Positions 45,581-54,884 are shown, numbered from the stretch's first letter. The stretch is DNA of 64,000 bases from Patescibacteria group bacterium (GCA_019752125.1 JAIEMM010000010.1:6558-70557), one strand, 5' to 3'. Notes: generated from the sequence alone by a model not told the origin. Translations and numbers: made by a program.

Positions 45581-46699
45581 CTACTGATACTGGATAAATG
45601 ATGGAGCTGGCGTGAGCTTGAGAACCTCTGCAGGAGTGAGCATTGCCTTGCTTGGAGGCAGGAGATCGTTCTTGTAGAAAAGCTTAAAGCCTGTGAACTG
45701 TACTGGTTCAGACGCAACAACCGAGTTGTAGGTATTTATTTTCTTCGCGCCAAATCCCCACCCATCCATGTCCATAATAAATTGCACTTCGGGTAATGGC
45801 TCAATCAATTCAGTATTTTTAATCATGCCTTCGGTAAAGCGATGGAGAACTATAATTTTTGGAGGTAGATTATTAAGCTTCACCAAATGTGCGAGATAGT
45901 CCGCGGCCCAGTTAATGTCTGCAGCAGACATTGTGCCGATCACATCCCCTGGCGGTATATTGCCCGGCATGTCGAACTCTGGGTCGAGCGCGAGGTGTAC
46001 GTTTGGCATTGAGAAATATTTTTCATACTGCGGCACTTCTTTTTGTACTGAACTCAAACCTACTTGAATATCCAAAATAACGATGCCGTTTACTTTTTGG
46101 GCAAGTTCAATGGCCTTGTCTACCTGAGTGTCAGGCATACGCAGACGATACATTCCATCCTTACCAGCACTTCCCTGCGCAGTGATCACGATATAGTCGA
46201 TAGCAGGGACCACGGGGGTGCTAGGGTCAGCCGCTTCCCACTCTGCAACCGCCGCTTTCAACATTGCCAACATCTGCTCTTCTGGATACTGGCCAAGCAC
46301 GCCCATTCCTTTTGAATAGAAGTTACCGTAGTACGCGACAATGCGGTTGTGTGGCAACAATGCACCTGGGTTTGGGTACACTGCCTTCACTGGCCACAGT
46401 TGTTTTTTAACTGTTGTCGTCCCAGGAGCAGTTCCTGTTAAGAAATATTGGTACCACGGCGAAGAGGTTGCGACATGCGCCAAGTCGAGCAACTTTATAT
46501 CGTACGCCTGTTTGTCGAATATGGGCGCAGTATTAGTATTGGTTTTAACTGTTGAAGTTGCTTCCGCATCTGCTACGCCAGCGTATTGCAAAGAGACAAG
46601 GCTACTGTAGCCGGCAAGATATACGAGACCAAAGACGAGCGCGCAGCCCACTGCCAAGAGAATGAGGATATGTTTTGCAGCGGAGTATTTCTCTTTTGC
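45581..46699 (-). CDS. membrane-anchored protein with putative glycoside-hydrolase-like TIM-barrel domain (hypothetical)
   Basis: Start placed at MAKEKYS (GTGGAG RBS) rather than the ORF-track 46855. TM anchor, then a 330-aa domain with alternating beta/alpha character and conserved D/E. Confidence 0.4.
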   Translation of the reverse strand, partial: AKEKYSAAKHILILLAVGCALVFGLVYLAGYSSLVSLQYAGVADAEATSTVKTNTNTAPIFDKQAYDIKLLDLAHVATSSPWYQYFLTGTAPGTTTVKKQLWPVKAVYPNPGALLPHNRIVAYYGNFYSKGMGVLGQYPEEQMLAMLKAAVAEWEAADPSTPVVPAIDYIVITAQGSAGKDGMYRLRMPDTQVDKAIELAQKVNGIVILDIQVGLSSVQKEVPQYEKYFSMPNVHLALDPEFDMPGNIPPGDVIGTMSAADINWAADYLAHLVKLNNLPPKIIVLHRFTEGMIKNTELIEPLPEVQFIMDMDGWGFGAKKINTYNSVVASEPVQFTGFKLFYKNDLLPPSKAMLTPAEVLKLTPAPSFIQYQ

Positions 46700-46750
46700 C
46701 ATAAAAACTCCACACACTATAACAACAAACACCTCACCTGTCTTGTTAAG

Positions 46751-46772
46751 GCGCCAAGGTCCGACCTTGCCA
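46751..46772. repeat. palindromic mini-repeat copy 3 (gcgccaAGGTCCGACCTtgcc) in a 5' UTR
   Basis: Shares the AGGTCCGACCT core and GC-clamped arms with copies 1 and 2 in the glycosylase gene. Confidence 0.6.
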
Positions 46773-46869
46773 TATCTTTTCATTTTTATTTTATCTGTTT
46801 CTGAACTTTCCCAATGAGCTTGTTTTGCTATTGTTGACGTGGATTGTTCAAACAAAAGGAGAGGTGATC

Positions 46870-47490
46870 ATGATTGAGGTTGGCGTTGCATATCCAGGAG
46901 AAGCTTCGTACAGAAACATCTCTGAGTTTGCAAAAGAAGTGTATTTGCGGGAGTTTGATGTACGTATCGATCCAATGCCTGACCTGTTTGCATACGCAAG
47001 TATGGAGACTCAGTTAGTAGGATGCTTGGGTCTTTATCGCGCACAAGAAGACAAAGAGCTTTTGTTCGAAAGCTACATTTCAAATGCTTATCAAAAAATA
47101 TCTGGAACCTTAAAACCTGACAGGAGTGCGCTCGCAGAACTAGGAACACGGGTTGTGCATATACCATCTGCACCCTCTCGTAGCGGCGACATCTCAGTTG
47201 CATTAACAGCCGTTCTAATTTTAACCGCCCACCCTCTTGGCATCAGATACGTTGGCTTTACGACGACCAGATTCGTCAAACGCGTTACCGACACGCTGAA
47301 GTTCGACCTTATAAATCTTGGGAGGCCGAATCTATCCAGCAAAGACGCAGCGTTTCAAGCGACTTGGCAAAAATTCTTCCGACTACCTCAGATCTGTGCA
47401 GGATTCCACATCTCATCTTTAGATGGATGCGAAACCGTACTGTTAGGGCTAAGAGATCGCGACATTTTCGTACGTAATCGCAGTTCATGA
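46870..47490 (+). CDS. GNAT-fold acyltransferase-like protein (thermostable-hemolysin-like family), hypothetical
   Basis: Strong RBS AAAGGAGAGGTGA; MIEVGVAYPGEASYRNISEFAKEVYLREFDV...LVGCLGLYRA pattern; 206 aa. Confidence 0.4.
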   Translation: MIEVGVAYPGEASYRNISEFAKEVYLREFDVRIDPMPDLFAYASMETQLVGCLGLYRAQEDKELLFESYISNAYQKISGTLKPDRSALAELGTRVVHIPSAPSRSGDISVALTAVLILTAHPLGIRYVGFTTTRFVKRVTDTLKFDLINLGRPNLSSKDAAFQATWQKFFRLPQICAGFHISSLDGCETVLLGLRDRDIFVRNRSS

Positions 47491-47546
47491 TACGATCGAT
47501 GAGGATTACTGCACCCGCGGTAATCCTCGTTTTTATATAGAGTGGT

Positions 47547-49097
47547 ATGGATATACTAACGCTCACAAAATTTATTCTCGGGTGCACACTTATAGGAGAA
47601 GCTCTTCTTCTTTACTTTGTATTAAAGGAGGAGCGTTCTACGAAAACGCTGCTCTTTGCGATTTTTGTTGCAGGGATTATTGGATGGACCGCTGCAATTT
47701 TTATTAATCTCTGGGCCCACAGCGCAACTGTAGAGAAATTTGTCTTTGGTTCCGCGGCACTATTTTTAACTGCCCAAGTGTTGTTTGTTCAATCGTTTCC
47801 TACTGGCCGTATACGCTTCTTTCATTACTGGAGTGTCTGCGTGGGCACATTCTTCTTTATATGTAGTTTTTGGAACGGCGCCATGTTTTCGGTATTAGAC
47901 TTTAGCCCGCAAGGTTACACCGTGGTCGAAAATGGATTCTTCTCTGAATATTATTCGATCTTTGCGCTCACCTTTGTCGCTGCACCGATTTTTATTCTGG
48001 CCTGGAAGTGGATATTCGCAAGGGATCATTCACTACGCGCGCAACTAAAATATTTGGTAATCGGATTCTCTATATTTCTTGGAGTAAATATCCTCACCAA
48101 CTCCATACTCCCCGTTTTCTTCCATTTATTTTTCTTTGACGCCATTGGGCCCGTATTTTCTCTGGTTCTTGCTGGTTTTGTGTTCTATATACTATGGCGC
48201 TACGAATTTCTTGATATCCGCACCCTTAAAGACCTTCTCGATAAAGAGCGTATCTATGCGCGAGAGCTGGAAGAACGTGTCAAAGAACGCACAGAACATA
48301 TAGAGGAAATGCGCGTGCGCGAACGGCAGCTGATGCAAGACATCGCACACGCCCAACAGACATCTCTCACCATTCTGAAGACAGACCTAGAGAGGCTCAA
48401 ACAAAACCATTCAACCAGCGACAATAAACCTATCTTAGATGCAATGGGGCACGGCATAGATCGCTCTTCCTCGCTTATATATGAATTGCTCCGTGCCGGA
48501 CATCTTGAACTACAAACAAAGCGCGACTACGAGTTAGTAGACTTAAGCGCGCTTGCAGGAAAAGTTGTTGAATACGTCGATATTATTTGCAATGCAAACA
48601 ACATATCCCTCACCCACCATATCGACCCCAATATATCTTTGACGGGAGATGAGAAACAGCTCGAAGAACTATTCCTCATTTTGCTTTCAAACGCCGTGAA
48701 ATATCGGAAACCAGATGTTCCCGGAACGGTAACTCTCACCCTTGCCCGCAAGGCTAACGATATTACTCTTTCTGTCGCGGACACCGGCATAGGTATTGGG
48801 CAAAGACATCTTCCTCATGTGTTTGAACGCTTCTATAGAGCCTGCCTGCCGGGGCAAGTGAGCGCGGGAGAAGATGGAAATGGTCTTGGACTAGCTATAG
48901 CCAAGACCATTACCGAAGCACACGGCGGCACTATCGCCGTTCAAAGCACTGAAGGAAAAGGTTCCGAGTTTAAGATTTCCTTTATCGAGACTCGCCCTCG
49001 AAGTCAGGCTCGACGATGCCCCACTGCATTGTGCCGGGGTCGAGTTTCAAATATGCACTCTTACCTATTGAAGGCTTGGCAGTCATTGGGTCTGTAA
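47547..49097 (+). CDS. sensor histidine kinase (polytopic sensor, no adjacent response regulator)
   Basis: 6-7 N-terminal TM helices, coiled coil, HisKA H-box LMQDIAHAQQTSL, HATPase_c N/G1/G2 boxes (LLSNAVKY, DTGIGIG, GNGLGLAIAK). Confidence 0.8.
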   Translation: MDILTLTKFILGCTLIGEALLLYFVLKEERSTKTLLFAIFVAGIIGWTAAIFINLWAHSATVEKFVFGSAALFLTAQVLFVQSFPTGRIRFFHYWSVCVGTFFFICSFWNGAMFSVLDFSPQGYTVVENGFFSEYYSIFALTFVAAPIFILAWKWIFARDHSLRAQLKYLVIGFSIFLGVNILTNSILPVFFHLFFFDAIGPVFSLVLAGFVFYILWRYEFLDIRTLKDLLDKERIYARELEERVKERTEHIEEMRVRERQLMQDIAHAQQTSLTILKTDLERLKQNHSTSDNKPILDAMGHGIDRSSSLIYELLRAGHLELQTKRDYELVDLSALAGKVVEYVDIICNANNISLTHHIDPNISLTGDEKQLEELFLILLSNAVKYRKPDVPGTVTLTLARKANDITLSVADTGIGIGQRHLPHVFERFYRACLPGQVSAGEDGNGLGLAIAKTITEAHGGTIAVQSTEGKGSEFKISFIETRPRSQARRCPTALCRGRVSNMHSYLLKAWQSLGL

Positions 49098-49518
49098 GCG
49101 CTCGGTCTGCGTAGTTAAAGACAACAACATATTTTTGTTTAGGGTTTGTGCTCAAGTTCGTACTCTGTGGTGCAATTCTGTCACCCAAAAGATATCCGTC
49201 TGAACCGACATACCCCTTCTTGGTATTAAGAGCGGCGACAGCGTAAAAGAATGTTCCAGAACCACCAGGGTTTTGGGTAATAATAAACGCGACGTCTTCG
49301 CGGCCATCGCCATCAAGGTCGGTCTTGATTTCATTTCCAAAATATTTTGTACCGCCTTCTCCAAGCTTCACCTTCTGGCCGTCTATGACATATTCTGCGT
49401 TTTTATAATCGCTCACGCCCACCGCCTGCTTCTCGTTATAGATGTATGAGTTAAATATATAGAATCCACCCACCAGCACCGCAACAATTCCAACAACCCA
49501 AAATAGTATTTTTTTCAT
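48982..49518 (-). CDS. secreted hypothetical protein
   Basis: Start at MKKILFWVVGIVAVLVGGFYIF (signal/anchor); convergent with and overlapping the kinase 3' end. Confidence 0.45.
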   Translation of the reverse strand: MKKILFWVVGIVAVLVGGFYIFNSYIYNEKQAVGVSDYKNAEYVIDGQKVKLGEGGTKYFGNEIKTDLDGDGREDVAFIITQNPGGSGTFFYAVAALNTKKGYVGSDGYLLGDRIAPQSTNLSTNPKQKYVVVFNYADRALTDPMTAKPSIGKSAYLKLDPGTMQWGIVEPDFEGESR

Positions 49519-49574
49519 ACCGTAAGTATAGCGCGCATTGTCTGCCAAAAGAAAAAGCCGGATTTCTCCGACTA

Positions 49575-49823
49575 TCATGGCGCAGCTGCATCAATCATGG
49601 TCTTGAGCCACCTTCTGATGCGACCCTTTTGGGTGTTAGTGAAATGCGGCTGCTGCATGTCTTGGCTGAAGATTTCTCTCTTACCGTCCTTGCCAGGCGG
49701 CATAACATGCACCCACGCCGCAAGCTCCCCTGTGGAAGCAATGTGCAGGCACAGACGGAGTTCGTCTTTCCTTGCCGCTATACCTGAGCGCAATTCAAAA
49801 TCGAGTCCTTCGACATTTATCAT
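49575..49823 (-). CDS. hypothetical protein
   Basis: 82 aa, AGGAGAG RBS, no recognisable domain. Confidence 0.35.
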   Translation of the reverse strand: MINVEGLDFELRSGIAARKDELRLCLHIASTGELAAWVHVMPPGKDGKREIFSQDMQQPHFTNTQKGRIRRWLKTMIDAAAP

Positions 49824-49934
49824 GCAGGCTCTCCTGGAACTGTTCTCCCAAAAACTACCGTAGAATCTGCATCGCGTCGAGCATGCAATAGAAAAGCCCC
49901 CTCAGAAGAGGGAGCTTTTCTAAACGAGCCGCGA

Positions 49935-50132
49935 TTACGCGCGTACTACGTTGACTGCGCTTGGGCCTTTTTCACCTTGCTGAACCTCGAATGAGACTGT
50001 GTCTCCTTCGCGAAGTTCATCAAACGTGACGCCATTCAAGTCCTTAGAGTGGAAGAAAAGGTCCTTTGCTTCGCCTTCGCGAGCAATGAATCCAAATCCG
50101 CGGTCTGTTTTGGTTTTGATTGTTCCTGTCAT
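49935..50132 (-). CDS. cspA: cold-shock protein (CspA family)
   Basis: MTGTIKTKTDRGFGFIAREGEAKDLFFHSKDL with RNP1/RNP2 motifs; 65 aa. Confidence 0.9.
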   Translation of the reverse strand: MTGTIKTKTDRGFGFIAREGEAKDLFFHSKDLNGVTFDELREGDTVSFEVQQGEKGPSAVNVVRA

Positions 50133-50228
50133 ATTTTTTGCTTGTTTTTCTCTTGAGAAATCCGACCTTGTTTCTTTAGTCTCTTAGACCCCCCTATTAT
50201 GACAGGTTTTGGATTTTTAGATAGGGGG

Positions 50229-50468
50229 TTACTTTTTGAAGAGGCAAAGCTTCTTTTCCCTACGCCAACTCTTAATCTCCGCTTCACGTTTTGAAGCGGA
50301 TGACCTGTCGGGCTGTTCCTCTATATACACCATCTTTTTTGCCCCCTTGGCTCTTGTATAGTGCCCACCTACCCCAGTTTTATGTTCGTTAAACCTGCGT
50401 GTAACATCAGTCGTTATACCTGTGTACAACGAGCCGTTTTTACATTCGAGTATATACACGTAATACAT
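50229..50468 (-). CDS. GIY-YIG nuclease-domain protein (UPF0213-like)
   Basis: Start at MYYVYILECKNGSLYTGITTDVTRRFNEHK (GIY...YIG...R...E). Confidence 0.65.
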   Translation of the reverse strand: MYYVYILECKNGSLYTGITTDVTRRFNEHKTGVGGHYTRAKGAKKMVYIEEQPDRSSASKREAEIKSWRREKKLCLFKK

Positions 50469-50484
50469 GTGTATATCATACGAC

Positions 50485-51000
50485 TTACATCTTCCGACTG
50501 TCGTATGCCCAATGTAGGACAGCTTGCCGCTGCTTGGCATGACACTTAAAGTCTCCGACACGGCAGCTGTTCTTAATCTGTGCAGTGTGGCGGCGCATCG
50601 CTACCCATCGTTTGATCTGTCGCTCGTCGTCAGGGCCTCGACGGCCCATGTAGTACCTGCAGTACCACTGAAACCAGCCGCGCGGGTCATCTTTATATAT
50701 CCACCCCTTCTTACGCCACACGGAAAGTGGTTGGCTTGCATTCACACCAAAGAAGTTAAGATTCGCGTCGGGCGTATACACGCCCTTCTTTTGAAATTTT
50801 GCTTTAGTAAACCAATCCTTAGGAAATTCTTTTACACAGTCGCGCATATACACGCCACCAAAAACACCGAGTGCGAGCATTTGCTTGGGCGTAAGCTCCG
50901 GCTTGAACCGAGGGTCAAAATTTTTTCCTGCAGGTTCGGTTAGCGTGTATACATACACCTTCTGCACCTTGTCATGTACCCGAACAGTTTTGGTTCTCAT
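50485..51000 (-). CDS. hypothetical protein (conserved-looking, unknown function)
   Basis: 171 aa, W/Y/R-rich: FGGVYMRDCVKEFPKDWF, PRGWFQWYCRYYMGRRGPDDERQIKRW. Confidence 0.4.
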   Translation of the reverse strand: MRTKTVRVHDKVQKVYVYTLTEPAGKNFDPRFKPELTPKQMLALGVFGGVYMRDCVKEFPKDWFTKAKFQKKGVYTPDANLNFFGVNASQPLSVWRKKGWIYKDDPRGWFQWYCRYYMGRRGPDDERQIKRWVAMRRHTAQIKNSCRVGDFKCHAKQRQAVLHWAYDSRKM

Positions 51001-51003
51001 TTT

Positions 51004-51225
51004 TTATTCCTTAATCTCAATAATTTTCGAAGGTGTCTTATGTCCGCGGACAATGCGCACGCGGGACTTCGGCACGCCAAAGTGCGCAGCAACAAGCATC
51101 ACAACTCGTGCATTCGCAGCGCCTTGCTCGGGCTTTTCTTTGACGGAGATCTTGAGGCGCTTGGCTGAAATTTCTTCAACCCCATCCTTCCTCGCCCCCG
51201 CCGTTACTCGTACACTTAGTTGCAT
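51004..51225 (-). CDS. DUF167 (YggU-like) protein
   Basis: LSVRVTAGARKDGVEEI...ISVKEKPEQGAANARVVMLVAAHFGVPKSRVRIVRGHKTPSKII fits the YggU family. Confidence 0.65.
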   Translation of the reverse strand: MQLSVRVTAGARKDGVEEISAKRLKISVKEKPEQGAANARVVMLVAAHFGVPKSRVRIVRGHKTPSKIIEIKE

Positions 51226-51302
51226 AGAAACTCCTTTTTTAGAAATGGTAAGATTGATGAGAGGCGTTCGTCTTATTATACAAGTTAACCAGTAATTAAT
51301 TT

Positions 51303-51989
51303 ATGGATAAAAAATCAACTCTAGCTCAGGGGCTCGTAGGCGCACTTGTACTAGCTACTACACTTCTACCAGCAGCGGCTCTTGCCCGCGACGGAGAAGA
51401 CTCGAGGACGACTCTGCCGGTCAATGTTTCTACGCATATAGAATCTGAAGGCAGTGACGACAGTATATCTGCCGACTCCGCAACAACAGCCACAGTGCGA
51501 GGCGATAATGAGGATAAATCTAATGATTCTTCTGGACGCAAGTTAGAGGAGAACGATAATGAAATAGAGAGTGAGATAGAGATCGACCAAGAGTCTGCTC
51601 ATAATGCATCAACAACTATCGACGCACCGGAACACGTTTCCAATCGTGGAGAACTGCGCAGTTTCCTAAACCACGTCATCAAAGCCGATGACCGAATTTC
51701 TGACGTACGCGTATCTTCGAGCACGATTGAAACCCACTACCAAATGCCTGCAAAATTCTTGTGGACAATTCCGATGAACCTTACCGCAAAGGTATCGGTT
51801 GATAGCAACGGCTCAGTAAATATTACGTATCCGTGGTATGCGTTTCTCTTTGCGAAGCACGACAGTGATCTTGCTGCACAATTAGAACAATCAGCAGCTT
51901 CTACGGGCACCACTACCCTATCTGCAAGCGCCCAAGCACACTTGCTTAACCTCCTGTTCTCAAACCTCAAAACTTCAACGGGGCAGTAA
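51303..51989 (+). CDS. secreted acidic hypothetical protein
   Basis: Signal peptide ...LLPAAALA, then a D/E/S-rich low-complexity region. Confidence 0.45.
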   Translation: MDKKSTLAQGLVGALVLATTLLPAAALARDGEDSRTTLPVNVSTHIESEGSDDSISADSATTATVRGDNEDKSNDSSGRKLEENDNEIESEIEIDQESAHNASTTIDAPEHVSNRGELRSFLNHVIKADDRISDVRVSSSTIETHYQMPAKFLWTIPMNLTAKVSVDSNGSVNITYPWYAFLFAKHDSDLAAQLEQSAASTGTTTLSASAQAHLLNLLFSNLKTSTGQ

Positions 51990-52106
51990 ACTACTGGTGC
52001 GTTTGTAAAAACCCAAGGCCCTCAAATATCCCTTGAGCCCCTTCATATTGGGGCTTATTGGCATGATGTCGCGGAGGAGGGCAACGTATTGCATATTACA
52101 AAACAG

Positions 52107-52132
52107 TTTTTCTTATTTTGAGGTGTCTGACC
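52107..52132. repeat. direct repeat copy A (tttttcttattttgaggtgtctgacc)
   Basis: 24/26 identical to 54851-54875. On the minus strand the similarity extends to about 40 nt (GTCAGACnCCnCAAAATAAGAAAAAnTnTTnTGTAAT). Confidence 0.6.
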
Positions 52133-52550
52133 CCAACTCTCCAAGGTATTTCTTCATTAGCTCAACCTTTTCTCTAACTTCTTCAAGTAACTTGTCAGAG
52201 ATGGGAGAATTTGTGGCATGTTCCAAAATAGGCCTTACTGACTGAATCTTTCTTCCAAATTGATCCATCCACTCATACCTTGGCAACATCCAAAGATGGA
52301 AACCGTGCGCAGAATCCTCATTCTGAAAAATATATACATCTTTACAACCAAGAACTTCTTCCATTCCTTTCCTTATTTTTTTTACTAATGGAGTAAATTC
52401 CGAAGCTTCCTCGTCTGTAAAATCTCCGATTGAACGAATGTTTCTAATCGTTGAAACAATAAAAAATGCGGGAATTGGAACTTCCCAATCTTGAGCAACT
52501 TTAAAATTTTTGGTCTCAATGACCACCTCATTTGGGAAAAGCACTTTCAT
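52113..52550 (-). CDS. HIT-like hydrolase-fold protein (degenerate histidine triad)
   Basis: FKVAQDWEVPIPAFFIVSTIRNIRSIGDFTDEE and VYIFQNEDSAHGFHLWMLPRY match the HIT fold pattern, but the triad reads H-x2-H-x-W instead of HxHxH. Confidence 0.5.
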   Translation of the reverse strand: MKVLFPNEVVIETKNFKVAQDWEVPIPAFFIVSTIRNIRSIGDFTDEEASEFTPLVKKIRKGMEEVLGCKDVYIFQNEDSAHGFHLWMLPRYEWMDQFGRKIQSVRPILEHATNSPISDKLLEEVREKVELMKKYLGELGSDTSK

Positions 52551-52610
52551 GTCTTTATTATAGCAAAAAGAAAAAGCCTTAAAATATTTCTATATTAAGG
52601 CTTAAAACCA

Positions 52611-53576
52611 TCAGATTTTCCTTAACCTACCCCCTACCCACTTCTCGAAATGGTGCGGGAGATTGTAGTTATTACAGTTCCAGGCTGTCGCAATTGGTTG
52701 TTCTAGCAGAGAGCCAAAGGTGATTTTTGTCCCCAAAGATACATCTTCGGTCGCTATCTGACCATCCGGGAGGATCAAGCAGTAGAATCGATTGAAGTCC
52801 GATTCTCTGTATGAATACCGTATGGACATCGAAGGGTAGGCACGCCTAGCTTTTTGGACCCCTTCATTTATTACATCTTGTTCGGGTCGAAGCTGCTGGT
52901 ATATGGATCGTGCACGGCCAGCAGGAATAGTCCACGACAAAGCCCAGTCTCTGACCCCCAGATCGTTGAGAACTGCGGACATCTCCACTATCTGAGACTG
53001 ATTCCAAACATTAAGCGCCGTGAGAACCCTTAGGTTTATATTGTGCTTCACGTAAAGCTTAATAGCTTGGAGGGTTTCCTGCCAAGCATTACCTCGCCTC
53101 TGCCTACTTGGGCGAATCCTATTGTTCAACTCACTTGTAGCTGCGTCTAGACTTATTTCGACGCGAGTACAAACACGGAGGCTCTCCACGTTCTCCTGCT
53201 CAATGAATGAGCCGTTTGTCCCAAGAACAACGCTTACGCCACCATCAACTAACTTTTGAACAATGGAGAAGATGTCGTCTCTCAAGAGCGGCTCACCGCC
53301 AGAAATGACGACTCTCATCACACGAGCTTCAATAATTCTTTCCGCAATCGTAAGACACTCATTTGTAGAAAGTACTACACTAGGCAACTCTTCAACATTT
53401 CCGTAACAATGAATGCATTTCAAATTACAGCCCCCTACAATGACCCAACCTATTCCGATTGGGGATGATGGTAGCGGCTGATCTCCATTCATAACCTCAG
53501 CTGAGAATTCATCATTCTGGCGGTTGTAGATGACTCTTCCCCAAATCTCATCACGTATAAGATCTTTGTTTGTCAC
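52611..53576 (-). CDS. radical SAM enzyme (single CxxxCxxC cluster, no SPASM/twitch cysteines)
   Basis: GGCNLKCIHCYG, VISGGEPLLRDD, LGTNGSFI, EISLDAATSELNN. 321 aa, in a region of about 40-44% GC. Confidence 0.8.
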   Translation of the reverse strand: MTNKDLIRDEIWGRVIYNRQNDEFSAEVMNGDQPLPSSPIGIGWVIVGGCNLKCIHCYGNVEELPSVVLSTNECLTIAERIIEARVMRVVISGGEPLLRDDIFSIVQKLVDGGVSVVLGTNGSFIEQENVESLRVCTRVEISLDAATSELNNRIRPSRQRRGNAWQETLQAIKLYVKHNINLRVLTALNVWNQSQIVEMSAVLNDLGVRDWALSWTIPAGRARSIYQQLRPEQDVINEGVQKARRAYPSMSIRYSYRESDFNRFYCLILPDGQIATEDVSLGTKITFGSLLEQPIATAWNCNNYNLPHHFEKWVGGRLRKI

Positions 53577-53699
53577 GACCTTTCTCCTTTCGAGGAACCG
53601 TTGGTATTCTATGCACAGTCAATACCAAAAGTTATACATGGTCAATGTTGCCAAAAAAGTTAGTTTTTGCCGCCTGACCCCAAGCTCAATCCTATTTGA

Positions 53700-54035
53700 T
53701 TACATCGGACGGACTTCCATTATTTCAATGGTTGCTCCAGGAATACCTAGATGGGGATGATCCTTAAAAAGTTCTGCCACCGCTTCTGCAGATTCTCCCT
53801 GCGCATACGACGAGATCATCATGTCATTTTTTACATCTTCTACACCAGATGCGCTTACGCGCTTTGTTTTTCCAAGGGCGATCGTGTTGAGGACTAAATC
53901 CTTATGAACAAGCATCCACGCGTCCCAATCCGCTTTCATCTTTGCCTCAACCTCTTTACGTTCCTCTTCCGGCTTCTTCATCCACTCCTCCATACCTGCT
54001 ACTGGGGCCATGTATATAACGGTAAAATTTTTCAT
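53700..54035 (-). CDS. hypothetical small protein
   Basis: Internal Met (MKNFTVIYMAPVAG...) of ORF 53700..54344; 111 aa. Confidence 0.35.
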   Translation of the reverse strand: MKNFTVIYMAPVAGMEEWMKKPEEERKEVEAKMKADWDAWMLVHKDLVLNTIALGKTKRVSASGVEDVKNDMMISSYAQGESAEAVAELFKDHPHLGIPGATIEIMEVRPM

Positions 54036-54122
54036 ATAGTTCAGTTTAGCATTAACCAATACTTTTCTTATGAAGAATGAGTGTAGGAATAAACTCAGCT
54101 TACTGATATACATACAGAATAC

Positions 54123-54815
54123 ATGACAGATTTCCCTATGCGGATCAACAAATATTTGGCGTTTAAGAAGCACTCGACCAGGCGCGAGGCGGATACGCTT
54201 ATTGAGCGAAAACTTGTAACCATCAACGGAGTACACGCAAAGCTTGGTGACAAAGTGTTGGAGACCGATGTCGTAAAGGTAGATGCGCCAGAGCGAGTAT
54301 ATGAATACTACGCCTACAACAAACCGCGCGGGGTTATTACCCACTCACCCCAAGGTGATGAAGTATCTATTGCAGGCAGCATCCATATGCCTTGGATATT
54401 CCCCCTCGGCAGGCTCGATAAAGATTCAGACGGTCTTATACTCCTGACCAATGATGGCCGCGCGACTAATGCCCTGCTTAACCCAAAGCATGAACATGAA
54501 AAAGAATATGTCGTCACAACGCTAGACAAGCTGCCAAAAGATTTTAAACGAAATATGGAACGCGGCGTCGACATCGGCGACTACATTACAAAAAAATGTT
54601 CAGTGAAGATATTGAGTGATAATAGTTTCTCAATTGTTTTGACTGAGGGCAAAAAACATCAGATCCGCCGCATGTGCGGAGCGTTTGGCCAAAGTGTCGT
54701 TCAACTTACACGTGTACGAATTATGGACATACTTCTTGGGAAGCTAAAGGGAGGTATGTACCGAGCAATTCAAAAAACAGAACTCAGCACTTTTTTACAG
54801 GCAATTGGGTTATAA
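54123..54815 (+). CDS. rsuA: RsuA-family pseudouridine synthase (S4 domain + catalytic GRLD)
   Basis: S4-like N-terminus RINKYLAFKKHSTRREADTLIERKLVTINGV; catalytic LGRLDKDSDGLILLTNDG; HQIRRM. Confidence 0.8.
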   Translation: MTDFPMRINKYLAFKKHSTRREADTLIERKLVTINGVHAKLGDKVLETDVVKVDAPERVYEYYAYNKPRGVITHSPQGDEVSIAGSIHMPWIFPLGRLDKDSDGLILLTNDGRATNALLNPKHEHEKEYVVTTLDKLPKDFKRNMERGVDIGDYITKKCSVKILSDNSFSIVLTEGKKHQIRRMCGAFGQSVVQLTRVRIMDILLGKLKGGMYRAIQKTELSTFLQAIGL

Positions 54816-54850
54816 AAGGCTACTCCCTTTACTTCCGCATTACACAATAC

Positions 54851-54875
54851 TTTTTCTTATTTTGTGGGGTCTGAC
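54851..54875. repeat. direct repeat copy B (tttttcttattttgtggggtctgac)
   Basis: Partner of 52107-52132; sits just 3' of the stop of the minus-strand gene ending at 54885. Confidence 0.6.
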
Positions 54876-54884
54876 GCTGACTCT

